Shown here: positions 1-11,104 of the stretch, one piece after another | Layout: each line of letters starts with the position of its first letter | How positions within the stretch are numbered: position 1 is the first letter of the stretch | Source: an uncultured cyanobacterium | Lineage (GTDB): Bacteria; Cyanobacteriota; Cyanobacteriia; Phormidesmidales; Phormidesmidaceae | DNA: 64,000 bases | Reading direction: 5' to 3' | Assembly (NCBI GenBank): GCA_963793265.1 | Contig: CAWBZI010000002.1 | Coordinates: 809,743 to 873,742, forward strand | Position numbers and translations under genes: made by a program | The notes under the pieces: model-generated | Databases searched by the model: none | What the model was told of the DNA's origin: nothing | The model's input: the letters and a program-made list of their open reading frames with translations, nothing else

Positions 1-1181
1 TAAGTGACTGCCGCAGCTTCCGCTGGCAGATCGCTGACAACAGACTCAGGTGATGATGGAACTGAGTCAGACAGGGGCGTTGCTGGAGCACTTATCACTG
101 GAGCACTTATCACTGGAGCGGGCATATCCTGTATGGGTATCTGCTGATAGCTGTTTTTGGCAGTGCTATCAGCAACAACGGTGTCAATAGGAGGCGCAGA
201 AGATAACCGTTGGAGATTGTTCAAGATGGTCGTGCCGATCGACACATTCTGAGCAGGCATATCAGTAGGAGAAGCTGACACACTAGAAACTAGCTGTGGC
301 AAACCATCTTCAAATCTGACAGGCGCAGCCATATCGTCAGCAGCCATATCGTCAGCCGCGCTGATATTAGCTGACGAGGCATTAGCTGATGAGGCAGATG
401 ATATATCAGACGAGTCGCGGCTAGTTATTGAATCGTTACCCGCTACAGACTCGAAGGTTGAGGCAACCGATGCAGGTGCGGTTAGTCCGTCTAGTGAAAC
501 CTCTGCCGATAGGTTTGGGGTAGCAAAATCTGGGATAGGGAGTAGCGTTTCAGGGCTGCTGGCAATCTCGCTGTTCGGCAAAGACTCCGTAAAGCCGAGT
601 GCAGAGGGCTCTAGAACAGATGGGAGATTGGTAGTTGAGCCGGTAGGTGAAGAGGAGAGTGAACTAGAGGCGGCGTACTGGTTGGGAATGGGCAAAGAAG
701 AGAGATACACCTGGGAGGCGTAAGGCGTGCGATTAGTCAGCGCGCTAGGACTGCCGCTTGAACGAAGATAGGCTCTTACCTGGGCTACGGGGTCAGGCCG
801 AGTTGAGGGTGAGGTACTGGCTAATCCACTGGCTAATCCATTGGCCAGCCCGTAGGTTTCGCCAGTTAGGCCACTCACTTCTTTGCTGCTAGGTCTGCCT
901 ACAGTAGAGAGCTTCGCGCCTGGTATAGCGTCGGCTTCGGGCTGCTCGAAGGCAGGGCCCATCATACGCCCGCCTGCGCTTGAGCCTACAGTTGAGGACG
1001 AATCTTTTTCGAGCGATGAGGCCACTAGCTCGGCAGAAGCTAACGTGCCTTCGGTTGCATCGGCGCTAGCTACACCTTCTTCAGTAGGAACATCAAAGCT
1101 CCATTGAGTACTGGGAATGCTGCTTTGGCTGCAGCCTGTCAGGGCGGTAAGAATAACCGCTGAGGCAGTAACTTTACGCAT
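1..1181 (-). CDS. Putative lipoprotein, Ser/Pro/Ala-rich low-complexity protein (3' end runs off the window)
   Basis: ATG at 1181 reads MRKVTASAVILTALTGCSQSS, with lipobox LTG-C. The frame is still open at position 1, which explains its absence from the ORF track. It contains short in-frame tandem duplications. Confidence 0.7.
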   Translation of the reverse strand, partial: MRKVTASAVILTALTGCSQSSIPSTQWSFDVPTEEGVASADATEGTLASAELVASSLEKDSSSTVGSSAGGRMMGPAFEQPEADAIPGAKLSTVGRPSSKEVSGLTGETYGLANGLASGLASTSPSTRPDPVAQVRAYLRSSGSPSALTNRTPYASQVYLSSLPIPNQYAASSSLSSSPTGSTTNLPSVLEPSALGFTESLPNSEIASSPETLLPIPDFATPNLSAEVSLDGLTAPASVASTFESVAGNDSITSRDSSDISSASSANASSANISAADDMAADDMAAPVRFEDGLPQLVSSVSASPTDMPAQNVSIGTTILNNLQRLSSAPPIDTVVADSTAKNSYQQIPIQDMPAPVISAPVISAPATPLSDSVPSSPESVVSDLPAEAAAVT

Positions 1182-1555
1182 GAACTCTCAACTCTCCACT
1201 TTTAGCGTCTGAATAACTGTTTGGACGGTTTCTCTATGTTTTTAAGGCATACAACGGTATAGAAACTCGCTGATTATCCCTGTGCTATCTATTGCAGTCA
1301 TTGCCTACGTAGATGCAATAGACAGTGCAATTAGGCAAAGAGCGCCCTTGGAACGTCTACGTAAACAAACTTATCATCTCTGTATTTTTTAATAGATGCT
1401 TTTGCCAGTATTTACACTGAAAACGCATCCAATCTTCAAATACCTTTCATAAACTGCTTTTTAGGCGCGTTTTAAATGACTGTGATCACACGTAGAATAC
1501 GCCGAACATGCTTAGTACATGCTTAGTTACTTGACGGACACAGATCGTAAAAGTT

Positions 1556-2899
1556 TCAGGTTGTATATTCTGCGTTGATTTTGACGTAATCGTAGCTGAG
1601 ATCGCAGCCCCAAGCCTGTCCTTTCCCAGGGCCAGAGCCTACGCTGATGCTAACTTTCACAGGATGGTTGAGTGTCTCTATCTCTAGCTGCTGACGCTCG
1701 AAGGGCTGCTGCGTCTCGGTTACTAGCAGCGCATTACTTTGCTGAGCGCTGGTGAGCAGAATTTGAGACATCGCCAGTACACTACGCTCTGACTGCTCAG
1801 TGAGGTAGGCGCTAGCAGCTTTGCGATCGAAAGCCTGAGGCGTGCCATCTATCATGAGTGCAAAATCGCCTAGCCTAATTGTTAGTTCACCTTGCTCGAA
1901 AGGAATACCAGCGCGTCCGGCAGCCCCAGCAATGCGGCCCCAGTTAGGATCGCGGCCAAAAATAGCAGACTTTACTAAAGAAGAGCCTGCCACAGTGCGC
2001 GCGATTTGGTTGGCAGCGCGATCGCTCATCGCCCCGGCCACCGAAATTTCTATCAGGCATGTAGCCCCCTCGCCATCGCGAGCAATCGATTTTGCCAGGT
2101 GAACGCACACCTCCGTCAACATTGCTTCTAGCTTGTCGGCATCAGGGCCTGCTTCAGTAATCGCAGGCGTACGCGACTCGCCATTAGCCAACGCCAGCAG
2201 ACAGTCATTCGTGCTGGTATCGCCATCGACCGTGATTTGATTGAAGCTTTTTTCGGTGGCGCGGCGCAGCATGTCTTGCCAAAGCTGAGGAGATACTGCC
2301 GCATCGCAGGTAACAAAAGCCAGCATGGTTGCCATGTTGGGATGAATCATCCCAGAGCCTTTGGAGATGCCGCCAATGCGCACGGGGCGATCGCCTATTT
2401 GCGTCTCTAGCGCAATTGATTTAGTCACTAAATCTGTAGTGACAATCGCTCGAGCAGCCCGATCAGATCCCTCGTGAGAAAGATCGGCAACCAGATTGGG
2501 AATGCCTGCTTTGAGCGCGTCTATTTTAAGCCGCTGTCCAATGACGCCGGTAGAGGCAGTGAGCACCTGATTGGGCGAAAGCATTAGCGCCGAGGCGGTT
2601 GCCGCTGCGCTCTCTAGAGCATCTTGAACACCCTGATCACCTGTGCAGGCATTGGCCTGGCCCGCATTGCAGAGAATGGCGCGAGCCGCTGGTTTTTCTT
2701 CGAGCAAATTCTGGCAGTAGTCAACGCAGGCTGCGCGCACCTGGCTAGTGGTGAAAACGCCCGCAGCGATCGCATCACAGTCCGACACAATCAGCGCCAA
2801 ATCTGGTGCTCCTGAAGGCTTGAGCCCTGCCGTTACACCGGCTGCTCGAAAGCCTTTGGGCGCGGTCACACCGCCTTCCACCACCTGCCAATCTGCCAT
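1556..2899 (-). CDS. argJ: Bifunctional ornithine acetyltransferase/N-acetylglutamate synthase
   Basis: Motifs KGSGMIHPNMATML, DGDTSTND, ARDGEGAT and WGCDLSYDYVKINAEYTT. Confidence 0.97.
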   Translation of the reverse strand: MADWQVVEGGVTAPKGFRAAGVTAGLKPSGAPDLALIVSDCDAIAAGVFTTSQVRAACVDYCQNLLEEKPAARAILCNAGQANACTGDQGVQDALESAAATASALMLSPNQVLTASTGVIGQRLKIDALKAGIPNLVADLSHEGSDRAARAIVTTDLVTKSIALETQIGDRPVRIGGISKGSGMIHPNMATMLAFVTCDAAVSPQLWQDMLRRATEKSFNQITVDGDTSTNDCLLALANGESRTPAITEAGPDADKLEAMLTEVCVHLAKSIARDGEGATCLIEISVAGAMSDRAANQIARTVAGSSLVKSAIFGRDPNWGRIAGAAGRAGIPFEQGELTIRLGDFALMIDGTPQAFDRKAASAYLTEQSERSVLAMSQILLTSAQQSNALLVTETQQPFERQQLEIETLNHPVKVSISVGSGPGKGQAWGCDLSYDYVKINAEYTT

Positions 2900-2991
2900 C
2901 GCTATTCCGCTTTTGCTAATAAAGAGTGGATTATACCAAGCTGTTAAGCGCCTATGATCTCTTTAGAGCCAAACGGCCTGACTGACGTTTT

Positions 2992-4604
2992 TTGCTGAAG
3001 CTGAATTTGAACTTTCTTAAGCGTTTTACAAATAAAAAGACATTGCTAATAATGTCTGGGCCTTGGGCGCTGCTACTCGGCGGAACGCTTATGGGCCTTG
3101 CGCCTGTAAACGCTTGGCCGCTGGCCTGGATAGCAATGGTGCCGCTGTGGACGCTCTCGGTTCAGCCGTCGCAATCTCTGCGAAAAACGCTCTCCTACGC
3201 CGCTATTTGGGGCGCGGCCTATCACGGCATAGCGCTCTCTTGGGTAAGGGGCCTGCATCCGATGATGTGGATGGGCGTGCCCTGGCTAGGCAGCATTGCG
3301 GTAACCCTATTCTCATGGGCCTTCATTACGCTATGGGGCGTGGCGATTGGTGTGATTTGGACGGGGCTGATGGTGGCTTTGAGCAGGCGGGTTAGCCAAA
3401 GCGGCAGATCGCTCACTGGTCTGTCACGGGTTTTAATCGGGACAGCGCTGTGGTGCACAATTGAATGGATTTGGAGCAAAGGGCCGCTGTATTGGTCGCC
3501 CGTTAACTACACCCAAAGTCCTTATAATCTGATGGCTTTGCAGCTTGGGCAGCTATCGGGGCCGTTGACTATCAGCGCCGCGATTTTGGCCGTTAATGGA
3601 CTGTTGGCTGAGGCTTGGATAAGTGCTTGGACACATAAGGCGCGTTCTGCTCTTTTGTATGCGATCGCCCTATTTACAGCCATCCACCTACTTGGCTTTG
3701 GCCTCTACAGCCGCCCCTTAGCTAGCGGCCCAGATAATGCAATAACAGTGGGCCTGATTCAGGGCAACATCCCCAGCAGCCAAAAGCTAACGGCGCAGGG
3801 CGTCAAAGCATCTCGACAGGTCTATTTAAAAGGATACGAGTCTTTAGCAGCTAAAGGCGCGGACTTAGTGATCACGCCTGAAGGGGCGATACCGCAGGAA
3901 TGGAACGCCTTTTTACAAGATCAGAATGTGTTTCAAAGAGCCGTTATTAAAGCGGGCGTACCGCTGCTTTTAGGAACGTTTGTTCATCAGCAGATTGACG
4001 AACCGCTAACGCCGCTAACGCAAAGTCTACTGATGCTAACGTCCGGTGACGATTCTGACGGTGAGATTGCCGGACGCTACAACAAAATAAAGCTGGTGCC
4101 TTTAGGAGAATATATTCCGTTTGAGCCGGTGATTGGCGCGATTGTTAACCGGCTATCGCCCTTTGGCGAAAGTATGATTGCCGGGCGCGCCGATCAGCAG
4201 CTAGAAACGCCTTTTGGCCCGATAGTCGCTGGAATTTGCTATGAGTCGGTGTATCCAGAGCTGTTTCGAGCGCAGGCAAAAGCAGGTGGACAGGCTATTT
4301 TTACAGCGTCTAATAACGATCCTTATCCGCCGCGCATGATGATGCAGCACCACGGACAAGATGTGATGCGCGCTGTGGAAACCGATCGGTGGGCGGTGCG
4401 CGTGACAAATACGGGATTTCGGGCGTCGTTGATCCTCGGGGGCGATCGCGCTGGCTTTCTACACCCAACGAATATGCTACTCACCTTGCCACAATTCACC
4501 TGAGACAAACGCAGACGCTCTACGTACGCTGGGGAAACTGGCTGACACCTGTGTTGCTCTTAGGAAGTGTGATCGCGCTTTTCAACTACCGTCGCACGCC
4601 TTAG
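2992..4604 (+). CDS. lnt: Apolipoprotein N-acyltransferase (one frameshift near 4416)
   Basis: TM N-terminus and nitrilase motifs QGNIP, PEGA, KLVPLGEYIP, ICYES. The C-terminus (ISGVVDPRG...TLYVRWGNW) continues in the 4389-4604 frame. Confidence 0.92.
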
Positions 4605-6256
4605 GCCGATAAATTCAGCGGCAACTGCACGACAAACGTCGCCCCCTGACCAGGCACCGACTGACAAAACAGCCGCCCATGATGCTTTTCGGTAATGATG
4701 CTATAGCTAATCGAAAGGCCCATGCCCGTCCCTTTACCGACTGGTTTGGTCGTAAAAAATGCATCGAAAATGCGAGCCTGTACCGCTTCAGGAATGCCGA
4801 GGCCAGTGTCCGCGATCGCTACCTCAGCCCAACTATCGCCGCCTAGCGTTTTAAGACTTGTGCGTAACGTAAGCTTTCCGCGATCGCTTTTTTCCTGGCA
4901 CGCTTCTCGGCGCTCACGTTCACGCTCGTTCCTTGCCCACGCCTCGTCAATCGCATCAATCGCGTTAGAAATAATATTCATCAACACCTGATTGAGCTGA
5001 CCTGGATAGCAAGCCACCTGAGGCAGCGGGCCATAATTGCGCACGACCTCAACGGCTGGCACCTCAGCAGACGCCTTCAGCCGATGCTGCAAAATCAGCA
5101 GCGTACTCTCTATACCCTGATGAATATCAACAGACTTCAGCCCGGTTTCATCCGACCTTGAAAAATTGCGTAGCGACAGCACAATCTGCCGAATGCGCCG
5201 TGTACCGACTTCCATAGAGCTTAAGATCTTAGGCAAATCGGCGCGCACAAACGCCAGATCCGCCGCTTCGATCTCATCTTGAATCTCAGCAACAGGCGTA
5301 GGATAGTGCGTTTGATAGCTGTCCATTAAGTTGAGTAAATCCGTAGCATATTCGCGAATTGGATCTAGATTGGCATGAATGAAATTAACCGGGTTATTAA
5401 TCTCATGAGCAACCCCAGCTACGAGCTGACCTAAGCTCGACATTTTTTCACTCTGCACCATCTGCACCTGCGCCTGCCTGAGTTCAGCAAGCGTGTATTC
5501 AAGATCTTTAGCCTTCTGCTGAAGCGTTGCCTCTGATAGCTGAAGCTCTTGATGGCTAGTTTCGAGCTGCTGCTTAGCCTGGCGCAAACTATCTTCAGCC
5601 GCCCGGCGACGGAGAATATATTGATTAATTAAATAGAGCAGCACTACCCAGGCAATCAGCAAAATCCAAAAGCTGACCATGCTAAAAACGCTGGAGAGAA
5701 ATAAACCTTCACCGTAATTTTTGAGATTGGTATTCACTTCAGCGCTGAGTATGTCTGACCAAGCTCGCATACCGCTAGCTGAGATTTCTTTTTGGGCCTG
5801 ATAAGTATCGCTAAACAAAAGCGCTAGCGCCTGCTGCGGCTTCTCAATCCGTACTAGCCTAAAGGCCGCATTTTCTATCTCAATCAGCCTGGAGCTGGCT
5901 TTTGTAATCGGCTCTACTTCTAAGTTGTAGGCATCGGCATTAAGATCCACAACCTGATCGATAGACTCAATCAGTCTGGGCTCAAAGGCTCTGTAGCGTG
6001 CTTCCCACGATAAATCTCCTGTGGCTGCCGCTAAGCGAGCTGACATTGTGAGCACTTCGTTGTAGTAGCTAATTTCGTCGCTAAGACGCTGAAGCTGAAA
6101 GTCGGTAGTGATGCCACGCTTGAACCCCTGAGAGATCTTGGCCGTATTAAAGCTGCCAATCGCAACCAGCATCAGACTAATGACGACCGCTATTGTAAGG
6201 ACGGGCATTAGGAAGTCATTAGATAGCCGACTAGGCCGATGCAAAGCGAGTTTCAT
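4601..6256 (-). CDS. Membrane sensor histidine kinase
   Basis: Two TM segments, coiled coil, H-box AHEINNPVNF, N-box NIISNAIDA, G boxes DTGLGI and GKGTGMGLS. Confidence 0.92.
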   Translation of the reverse strand: MKLALHRPSRLSNDFLMPVLTIAVVISLMLVAIGSFNTAKISQGFKRGITTDFQLQRLSDEISYYNEVLTMSARLAAATGDLSWEARYRAFEPRLIESIDQVVDLNADAYNLEVEPITKASSRLIEIENAAFRLVRIEKPQQALALLFSDTYQAQKEISASGMRAWSDILSAEVNTNLKNYGEGLFLSSVFSMVSFWILLIAWVVLLYLINQYILRRRAAEDSLRQAKQQLETSHQELQLSEATLQQKAKDLEYTLAELRQAQVQMVQSEKMSSLGQLVAGVAHEINNPVNFIHANLDPIREYATDLLNLMDSYQTHYPTPVAEIQDEIEAADLAFVRADLPKILSSMEVGTRRIRQIVLSLRNFSRSDETGLKSVDIHQGIESTLLILQHRLKASAEVPAVEVVRNYGPLPQVACYPGQLNQVLMNIISNAIDAIDEAWARNERERERREACQEKSDRGKLTLRTSLKTLGGDSWAEVAIADTGLGIPEAVQARIFDAFFTTKPVGKGTGMGLSISYSIITEKHHGRLFCQSVPGQGATFVVQLPLNLSA

Positions 6257-6339
6257 GAGCGCCGAAGACGGGAGGTTTTGCTATCGCAGCATTCCCGAAT
6301 CCAACTTAAATTGATAGAAGCTTGATAGAGCGATGGAGC

Positions 6340-8373
6340 TTACTTGCATAGCAGCTTGCTGATTTCAGTAGCCTGTAGCGGACTGCTCAGTAAAAATCCC
6401 TGCCCGTGCGGACAGTCCAAACTCACTAGAGCATCTAACTGCTGCTGAGTTTCAATGCCTTCGGCAATGACGCTCATATTGGCACTCCGACCGAGATCAA
6501 TAATCGTCTTAATAATTTCTGTACCCCCGATACTGTCTATACCCTCAACGAAAGTGCGGTCAATCTTTAGCGCGCCCACGTTGAGCTGATGCAGACGGCT
6601 CAGCGAAGAATGACCCAGGCCGAAGTCATCAACACAAAGCCCCAAACCCAAAGCATGAAGCTGCTGCAAAGCGACCATAACAGCCGGGTCGCTGCTGAGT
6701 AGCACCTGCTCTTCTATTTCTAATAAGAAAGCAGAGGGCGGGAGCTGATAGTCCGCTAGCATGTCGCGCCAATAGTCGATTAACTGCGGGCAGCAAATTT
6801 GGACTAAAGACAAATTGAGGTGTATCTGTAGGTTGTTTTCAGGCAGGCAGTCGCGCCACGCTTTAAGCTGACAGCAGGCGGTCTGAATAATTTGATGGCA
6901 CAGATCGACGAGAAGACCGATGTCGTTAGCGATCGCAATAAACTCACTCGCCTCTAAACAGCCATGCTGCGGGTGATGCCAGCGCAAAAGTGCCTCAAAC
7001 CCAGCTATTCGCGCATTCTCCAGACCAAAAATAGGCTGATAATACAGATGAAACTCACTTTTTTCTAATCCTTGACGCAGCTCACTTTCTAGCATCAGTC
7101 GGGTTTGGCCGCTACCTTTAGTCGCCGCGTCAAATACGACGAATCGCTGCGCATCATCAATCGAGTTGTCTTGAATGAGAATAGGCGATGTAGATGTCTC
7201 AAGCGCGTTTTTAGATGACTTCAGGGTGCGCTGATGCTGCTCAAGCTGGGCTTGAATTTTAGCTTTGGCCTGCTGCTTGGAACGCGCCTTAGCCCGATAC
7301 ATAGCGACATCGGCATCTCTGATTGCGGCTTCAGGATGCTTGTAGCCTTGATTGCTAAAGGTAATGCCCACGCTAGCGCCGATTGAAATTTGGCGATCGC
7401 CGACTAAAAACGGCAGACTAAGCTGCTCTTGAAGCCGCTGCACCACTACAAAAACATGCTCCTCGTTTGGAATATCGTCTAGCAGTACGGCGAACTCGTC
7501 GCCACCTAAGCGGGCCACCAAGTCACTCTTGCGCAGCAGCAGCTTGATTTGCTCAGCGACATACTGAAGTAGCTGGTCGCCAACATCATGACCGAGCGCA
7601 TCATTCACCTGCTTAAACTCGTCAAGATCAAGAAAGAGAACGGCGTATAAATGGTTAGGTTGACGATTTGCAAGCTGAATAGCCTGATCGAGCCTTTGTG
7701 AAAAATAGCTGCGGTTAGGGAGCCCGGTTAGCGGATCGTGAAGTGCACTGTGCCTTAAAGCCGCTTCTCTTTTGAGTAGCTTTGTTTGAGCCTTAAGCAG
7801 TCGATGCAGTGCTGAAGTCAGCCCGGCAGTGCGCTCATTAACGCGGTGCTCCAAATTATCGTTAGCAGACTTAAGCAGATTCGCCCGATAGATTAGCTCA
7901 AGCTGAGCCACGACCTGCCTGCTCAAAACCAATAGCCCATGTTGTTGGGGCGCTGTAAGCTGGCGAGGTTGGTAGTCGATCACGCACAGAGAACCCAAAG
8001 CGTGACCATCAGGTGTTATTAGCGGAGCCCCTGCATAGAATCGAATATGGGGCTCACCTGTCACCAGCGAATTAGCTTTGAAACGATCGTCTTCTTGAGC
8101 ATTCTCGACGACCAAAAGACCTGACTGCTGAATTGTTTGATTGCAAAAAGCAATATTACGGGGCGTTTCGTTCACCGTCATGCCAATTTTTGACTTGAAC
8201 CACTGGCGGTCGGCGTCTATCAGGCTGATAAGAGCCGTTGGCGTTTGGCAGATGTGAGCAGCCAACGAAGTAATATCGTCATAAACTGGCTCAGGAAGCG
8301 TATCTAAGACGTTATAGCCTTGGAGCTTCGCTAGGCGAAGGGTTTCTTTCGCTGGCCCAAAATCTGCTGTCAT
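6340..8373 (-). CDS. GAF-GGDEF-EAL diguanylate cyclase/phosphodiesterase
   Basis: GAF (IRFYAGAPL), ARLGGDEF, FEALLRW, DDFGLG, KIDRTFV, EGIET. Confidence 0.93.
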   Translation of the reverse strand: MTADFGPAKETLRLAKLQGYNVLDTLPEPVYDDITSLAAHICQTPTALISLIDADRQWFKSKIGMTVNETPRNIAFCNQTIQQSGLLVVENAQEDDRFKANSLVTGEPHIRFYAGAPLITPDGHALGSLCVIDYQPRQLTAPQQHGLLVLSRQVVAQLELIYRANLLKSANDNLEHRVNERTAGLTSALHRLLKAQTKLLKREAALRHSALHDPLTGLPNRSYFSQRLDQAIQLANRQPNHLYAVLFLDLDEFKQVNDALGHDVGDQLLQYVAEQIKLLLRKSDLVARLGGDEFAVLLDDIPNEEHVFVVVQRLQEQLSLPFLVGDRQISIGASVGITFSNQGYKHPEAAIRDADVAMYRAKARSKQQAKAKIQAQLEQHQRTLKSSKNALETSTSPILIQDNSIDDAQRFVVFDAATKGSGQTRLMLESELRQGLEKSEFHLYYQPIFGLENARIAGFEALLRWHHPQHGCLEASEFIAIANDIGLLVDLCHQIIQTACCQLKAWRDCLPENNLQIHLNLSLVQICCPQLIDYWRDMLADYQLPPSAFLLEIEEQVLLSSDPAVMVALQQLHALGLGLCVDDFGLGHSSLSRLHQLNVGALKIDRTFVEGIDSIGGTEIIKTIIDLGRSANMSVIAEGIETQQQLDALVSLDCPHGQGFLLSSPLQATEISKLLCK

Positions 8374-8684
8374 AGGTTGGTGATTAGCGCGAAACGATTG
8401 GCTCTAAGTGACTTGAGCGAATCTATATAGGTGAATTGACTAGAGAGGAATGCTGAATCGATAGATCGCACAAGAAAAGCCGATTTGTGGCTAAGTATTT
8501 TAAGTATAGGATTAGAACATTGATTTAAATAAAAACCGTCTGCCTCAGTTAAAATACTTAGATGGTTATAGCACAGCGACAAGAATAGACTAGATCCAGC
8601 TTGCTTTAGTAGCAAAAGCTACTTAGTCAGAGGACTTCAATACATAAGCAAATAAGTATTAAAGTTCTTAAAAGGTGCAGTGTC

Positions 8685-9743
8685 TTATCTGGTTGTAGCC
8701 GCATCGCACCAGTTTAAAACTCGATTCCAGGCCCACCAGCGGTCAGGATCTTTGATCTGCTGCTGACAAGCCCGGCTACTGATATAGCCCACATGGCCAC
8801 CTTCTGAAGTCAGAATCAGATCTATGCACTCATTTTCCGCACAAGTCGCCTCAATTTCTTTAACTAGCGCCGGTTCAAATAGTGGATCATCCGCAGCATA
8901 GAGAATCAGCGTGGGCTTTTTGAGTTCGGGCAAAACATATAAGCCGCTGGTGATGGTGTAGTACTCTTCTACAGAACTAATCCCCAACCGGGAAATAACA
9001 ATTTCGTGATCAAAGCTCCATATGCTGTGCACGCGCTCAACGGCTTGCGGATCGAACGCGGCAGGGTGATCTTGCTGAAGCTGGTAAAGGAGCTGTTTGA
9101 GCTTGCGAGTAATGGCCTTTTCTAAGTATTTACCCGTAGGATGATTCACTAAGTACTGAAGACTTCGCAACGACTCTAGCGCCGGGCAAATCACCGCACA
9201 GCCGCCGATATCATCTAGCGTCAAGTCTAAATCTGTTCCCCATTTGTCAATTGACTGCGCCGACTTTACGCCCCAAAGTGCCAGCAGCCCTCCTAAGGAA
9301 AATGCTGTAAACCAGAAGGGAGCAGGCGCGCCCATTGCCTTTACTGCTGCTGCAATTCGCACAAAATCTTCGCCTTCGTATAGGCCATCTGACGTCATCG
9401 CGGGTGAAAGCTTTGCCGTTTTGCCGTGCGCGCGCCAGTCAAACACAACCACTGCGTAGCCGCGGGCGTAGGCTTTGCGGGCCATAATTTGCAGGAACCA
9501 CTGATCGTCTAAGTCGCCTGTGATGCCGTAGGTGCCAATGATGGTTTTGGTCGCGCCTGGCGGAATGGCAACTCGCCCAAAGATAGGGACGCCGTTTGCA
9601 CCGATGAATATCTTTTCTTGAAATACTGGCTCAGGTTCGCTTAGCGTGTTTTGCCAGTTGTGGCTCGCTCGCAGTCCTGTATAAAGGGTCATCAGCAGAC
9701 CGCTGTTGAGTGGCCAGGGCGCGCAGTAGGGAGGCGGATTCAT
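8685..9743 (-). CDS. YheT-like alpha/beta hydrolase
   Basis: Motifs FDWRAHG, AFSLGG nucleophile elbow, AADDP and GGHVGY. Confidence 0.85.
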   Translation of the reverse strand: MNPPPYCAPWPLNSGLLMTLYTGLRASHNWQNTLSEPEPVFQEKIFIGANGVPIFGRVAIPPGATKTIIGTYGITGDLDDQWFLQIMARKAYARGYAVVVFDWRAHGKTAKLSPAMTSDGLYEGEDFVRIAAAVKAMGAPAPFWFTAFSLGGLLALWGVKSAQSIDKWGTDLDLTLDDIGGCAVICPALESLRSLQYLVNHPTGKYLEKAITRKLKQLLYQLQQDHPAAFDPQAVERVHSIWSFDHEIVISRLGISSVEEYYTITSGLYVLPELKKPTLILYAADDPLFEPALVKEIEATCAENECIDLILTSEGGHVGYISSRACQQQIKDPDRWWAWNRVLNWCDAATTR

Positions 9744-9880
9744 GTATGTAGACGCGACGATCTTTCTAGGATACAGATCATCTTACGACCTACGCTTACA
9801 TGTGGCCTCTAGTAAAAGGCTAGGAACCGACTACATTGCCTGACTTCGATACTGGATAATGTCTCGTTTGCATCCGCTCT

Positions 9881-10129
9881 TTATGTAACGGTGACACATC
9901 CTGCTTCTTTAAGAATCCGCTTTGTGGCAGCCGGGTATCTATGTAGCGATATTAGCGGACGAACGGGGCGACTTTCCAGATGGCCGCCGCAGTTTGGGCA
10001 GGTGCCGTTGAGCATTTCGTCGGCGCAGTCTTGGCAGAATGTGCAGTCAAAGGTGCAGATCATCGCTTCTGATGAGTCGGATAGCAAATCTTTGTTGCAG
10101 CATTCGCAGTTGGGTCGAATTCCTAGCAT
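9881..10129 (-). CDS. DUF1272-type small Cys-rich protein
   Basis: RPNCECC...ICTFDCTFCxDC...CPNCGG...RPVRP pattern. Confidence 0.85.
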   Translation of the reverse strand: MLGIRPNCECCNKDLLSDSSEAMICTFDCTFCQDCADEMLNGTCPNCGGHLESRPVRPLISLHRYPAATKRILKEAGCVTVT

Positions 10130-10302
10130 GTTGGAAGTTATTAAAAACCGCTAGCTTTATTTGTATCTGAGAATCTCAAATGTGGAGCGTTTTTGACTCA
10201 ATAATTCATGAGCTGAAAGCATGGAGCGGTGCTTTATTTTCTCATGGTAGAGGGGCTGAGAATGCTGTCAGAATTGAGAGTGTTGAGGTGTGAAAGGCAG
10301 AT

Positions 10303-10965
10303 ATGACTAAAAAGCTGATTGATTTGAGCCATACCGTGGAAGATGGCATGGTTACCTATAAGGGCATTCCGGCTCCTTTGATCTGTGATTTTCTGACCCG
10401 TGAGGCTTCTAAGGCTCACTATGCTGAGGGGACGACTTTTCATATTGGCAAGATTGAAATGGCGGCGAATACGGGTACTTATCTAGATTCGCCGTTTCAT
10501 CGGTATGCGGATGGGAAGGATTTGTCTGAGCTGAAGCTGGAGGCGATCGCGGATCTCGATGGCATTCTCTTTCATGCCAAACCCGATCAAACCACTATCG
10601 GGCCTGAGCTATTTGCTGACGCTGATGTTCGCGGTAAGGCGGTCTTAGTTCATACGGGCTGGGATCGGCACTGGCGAACGGATCAGTATTTTGAAAACCA
10701 CCCGCATTTGAGTGAGGCTGCTGCTGCGTTGCTAAGAGAGTCGGGCGCTACGCTGGTTGGGATTGATTCTTATAATATTGACGGGACGAAGGATGGTAGG
10801 CGGCCTGCGCATTCGATTTTGCTGGGCGCGGATGTTCCTATTGTTGAGCATATGTGCAATTTGCAGAACTTGCCTGATGGTGGCTTTAAGTTCAATGCGG
10901 TGCCGGTAAAGGTGAAGAAGTTTGGGACGTTTCCGGTTAGGGCTTATGCGGTTGTTGGTGCATAG
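10303..10965 (+). CDS. Cyclase family (kynurenine formamidase-like) metal-dependent hydrolase
   Basis: Motifs IDLSH, TGTYLDSPFH, VHTGWD, VGIDSYNID and PVRAYA. Confidence 0.85.
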   Translation: MTKKLIDLSHTVEDGMVTYKGIPAPLICDFLTREASKAHYAEGTTFHIGKIEMAANTGTYLDSPFHRYADGKDLSELKLEAIADLDGILFHAKPDQTTIGPELFADADVRGKAVLVHTGWDRHWRTDQYFENHPHLSEAAAALLRESGATLVGIDSYNIDGTKDGRRPAHSILLGADVPIVEHMCNLQNLPDGGFKFNAVPVKVKKFGTFPVRAYAVVGA

Positions 10966-11104
10966 ACTGCATAATTTTAATCACCTCAGGCTGAGACGGT
11001 TGTATATATGCTAGAGTGAGGGTGTATTAGCTGATTGAGCGTTGACTAACTGAGCAACATCAATTGATTCGCACAGGTTGTTCAAATAAGGTTTATTCAC
11101 CATC

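Noticed and set aside
883..1107. 74 aa + strand ORF
   Set aside because: Antisense shadow of the minus-strand lipoprotein.
1506..1527. ACATGCTTAGT direct repeat x2 downstream of argJ
   Set aside because: A single short duplication with no further copies noticed.
4410..4425. Programmed frameshifting in lnt, selO or the GT2 at 34.7 kb
   Set aside because: No consistent slippery site with a stimulator; single-base assembly errors are more parsimonious.
8370..8615. 81 aa ORF upstream of the GGDEF-EAL gene
   Set aside because: AT-rich promoter-like region, TTG start and no recognisable motif.
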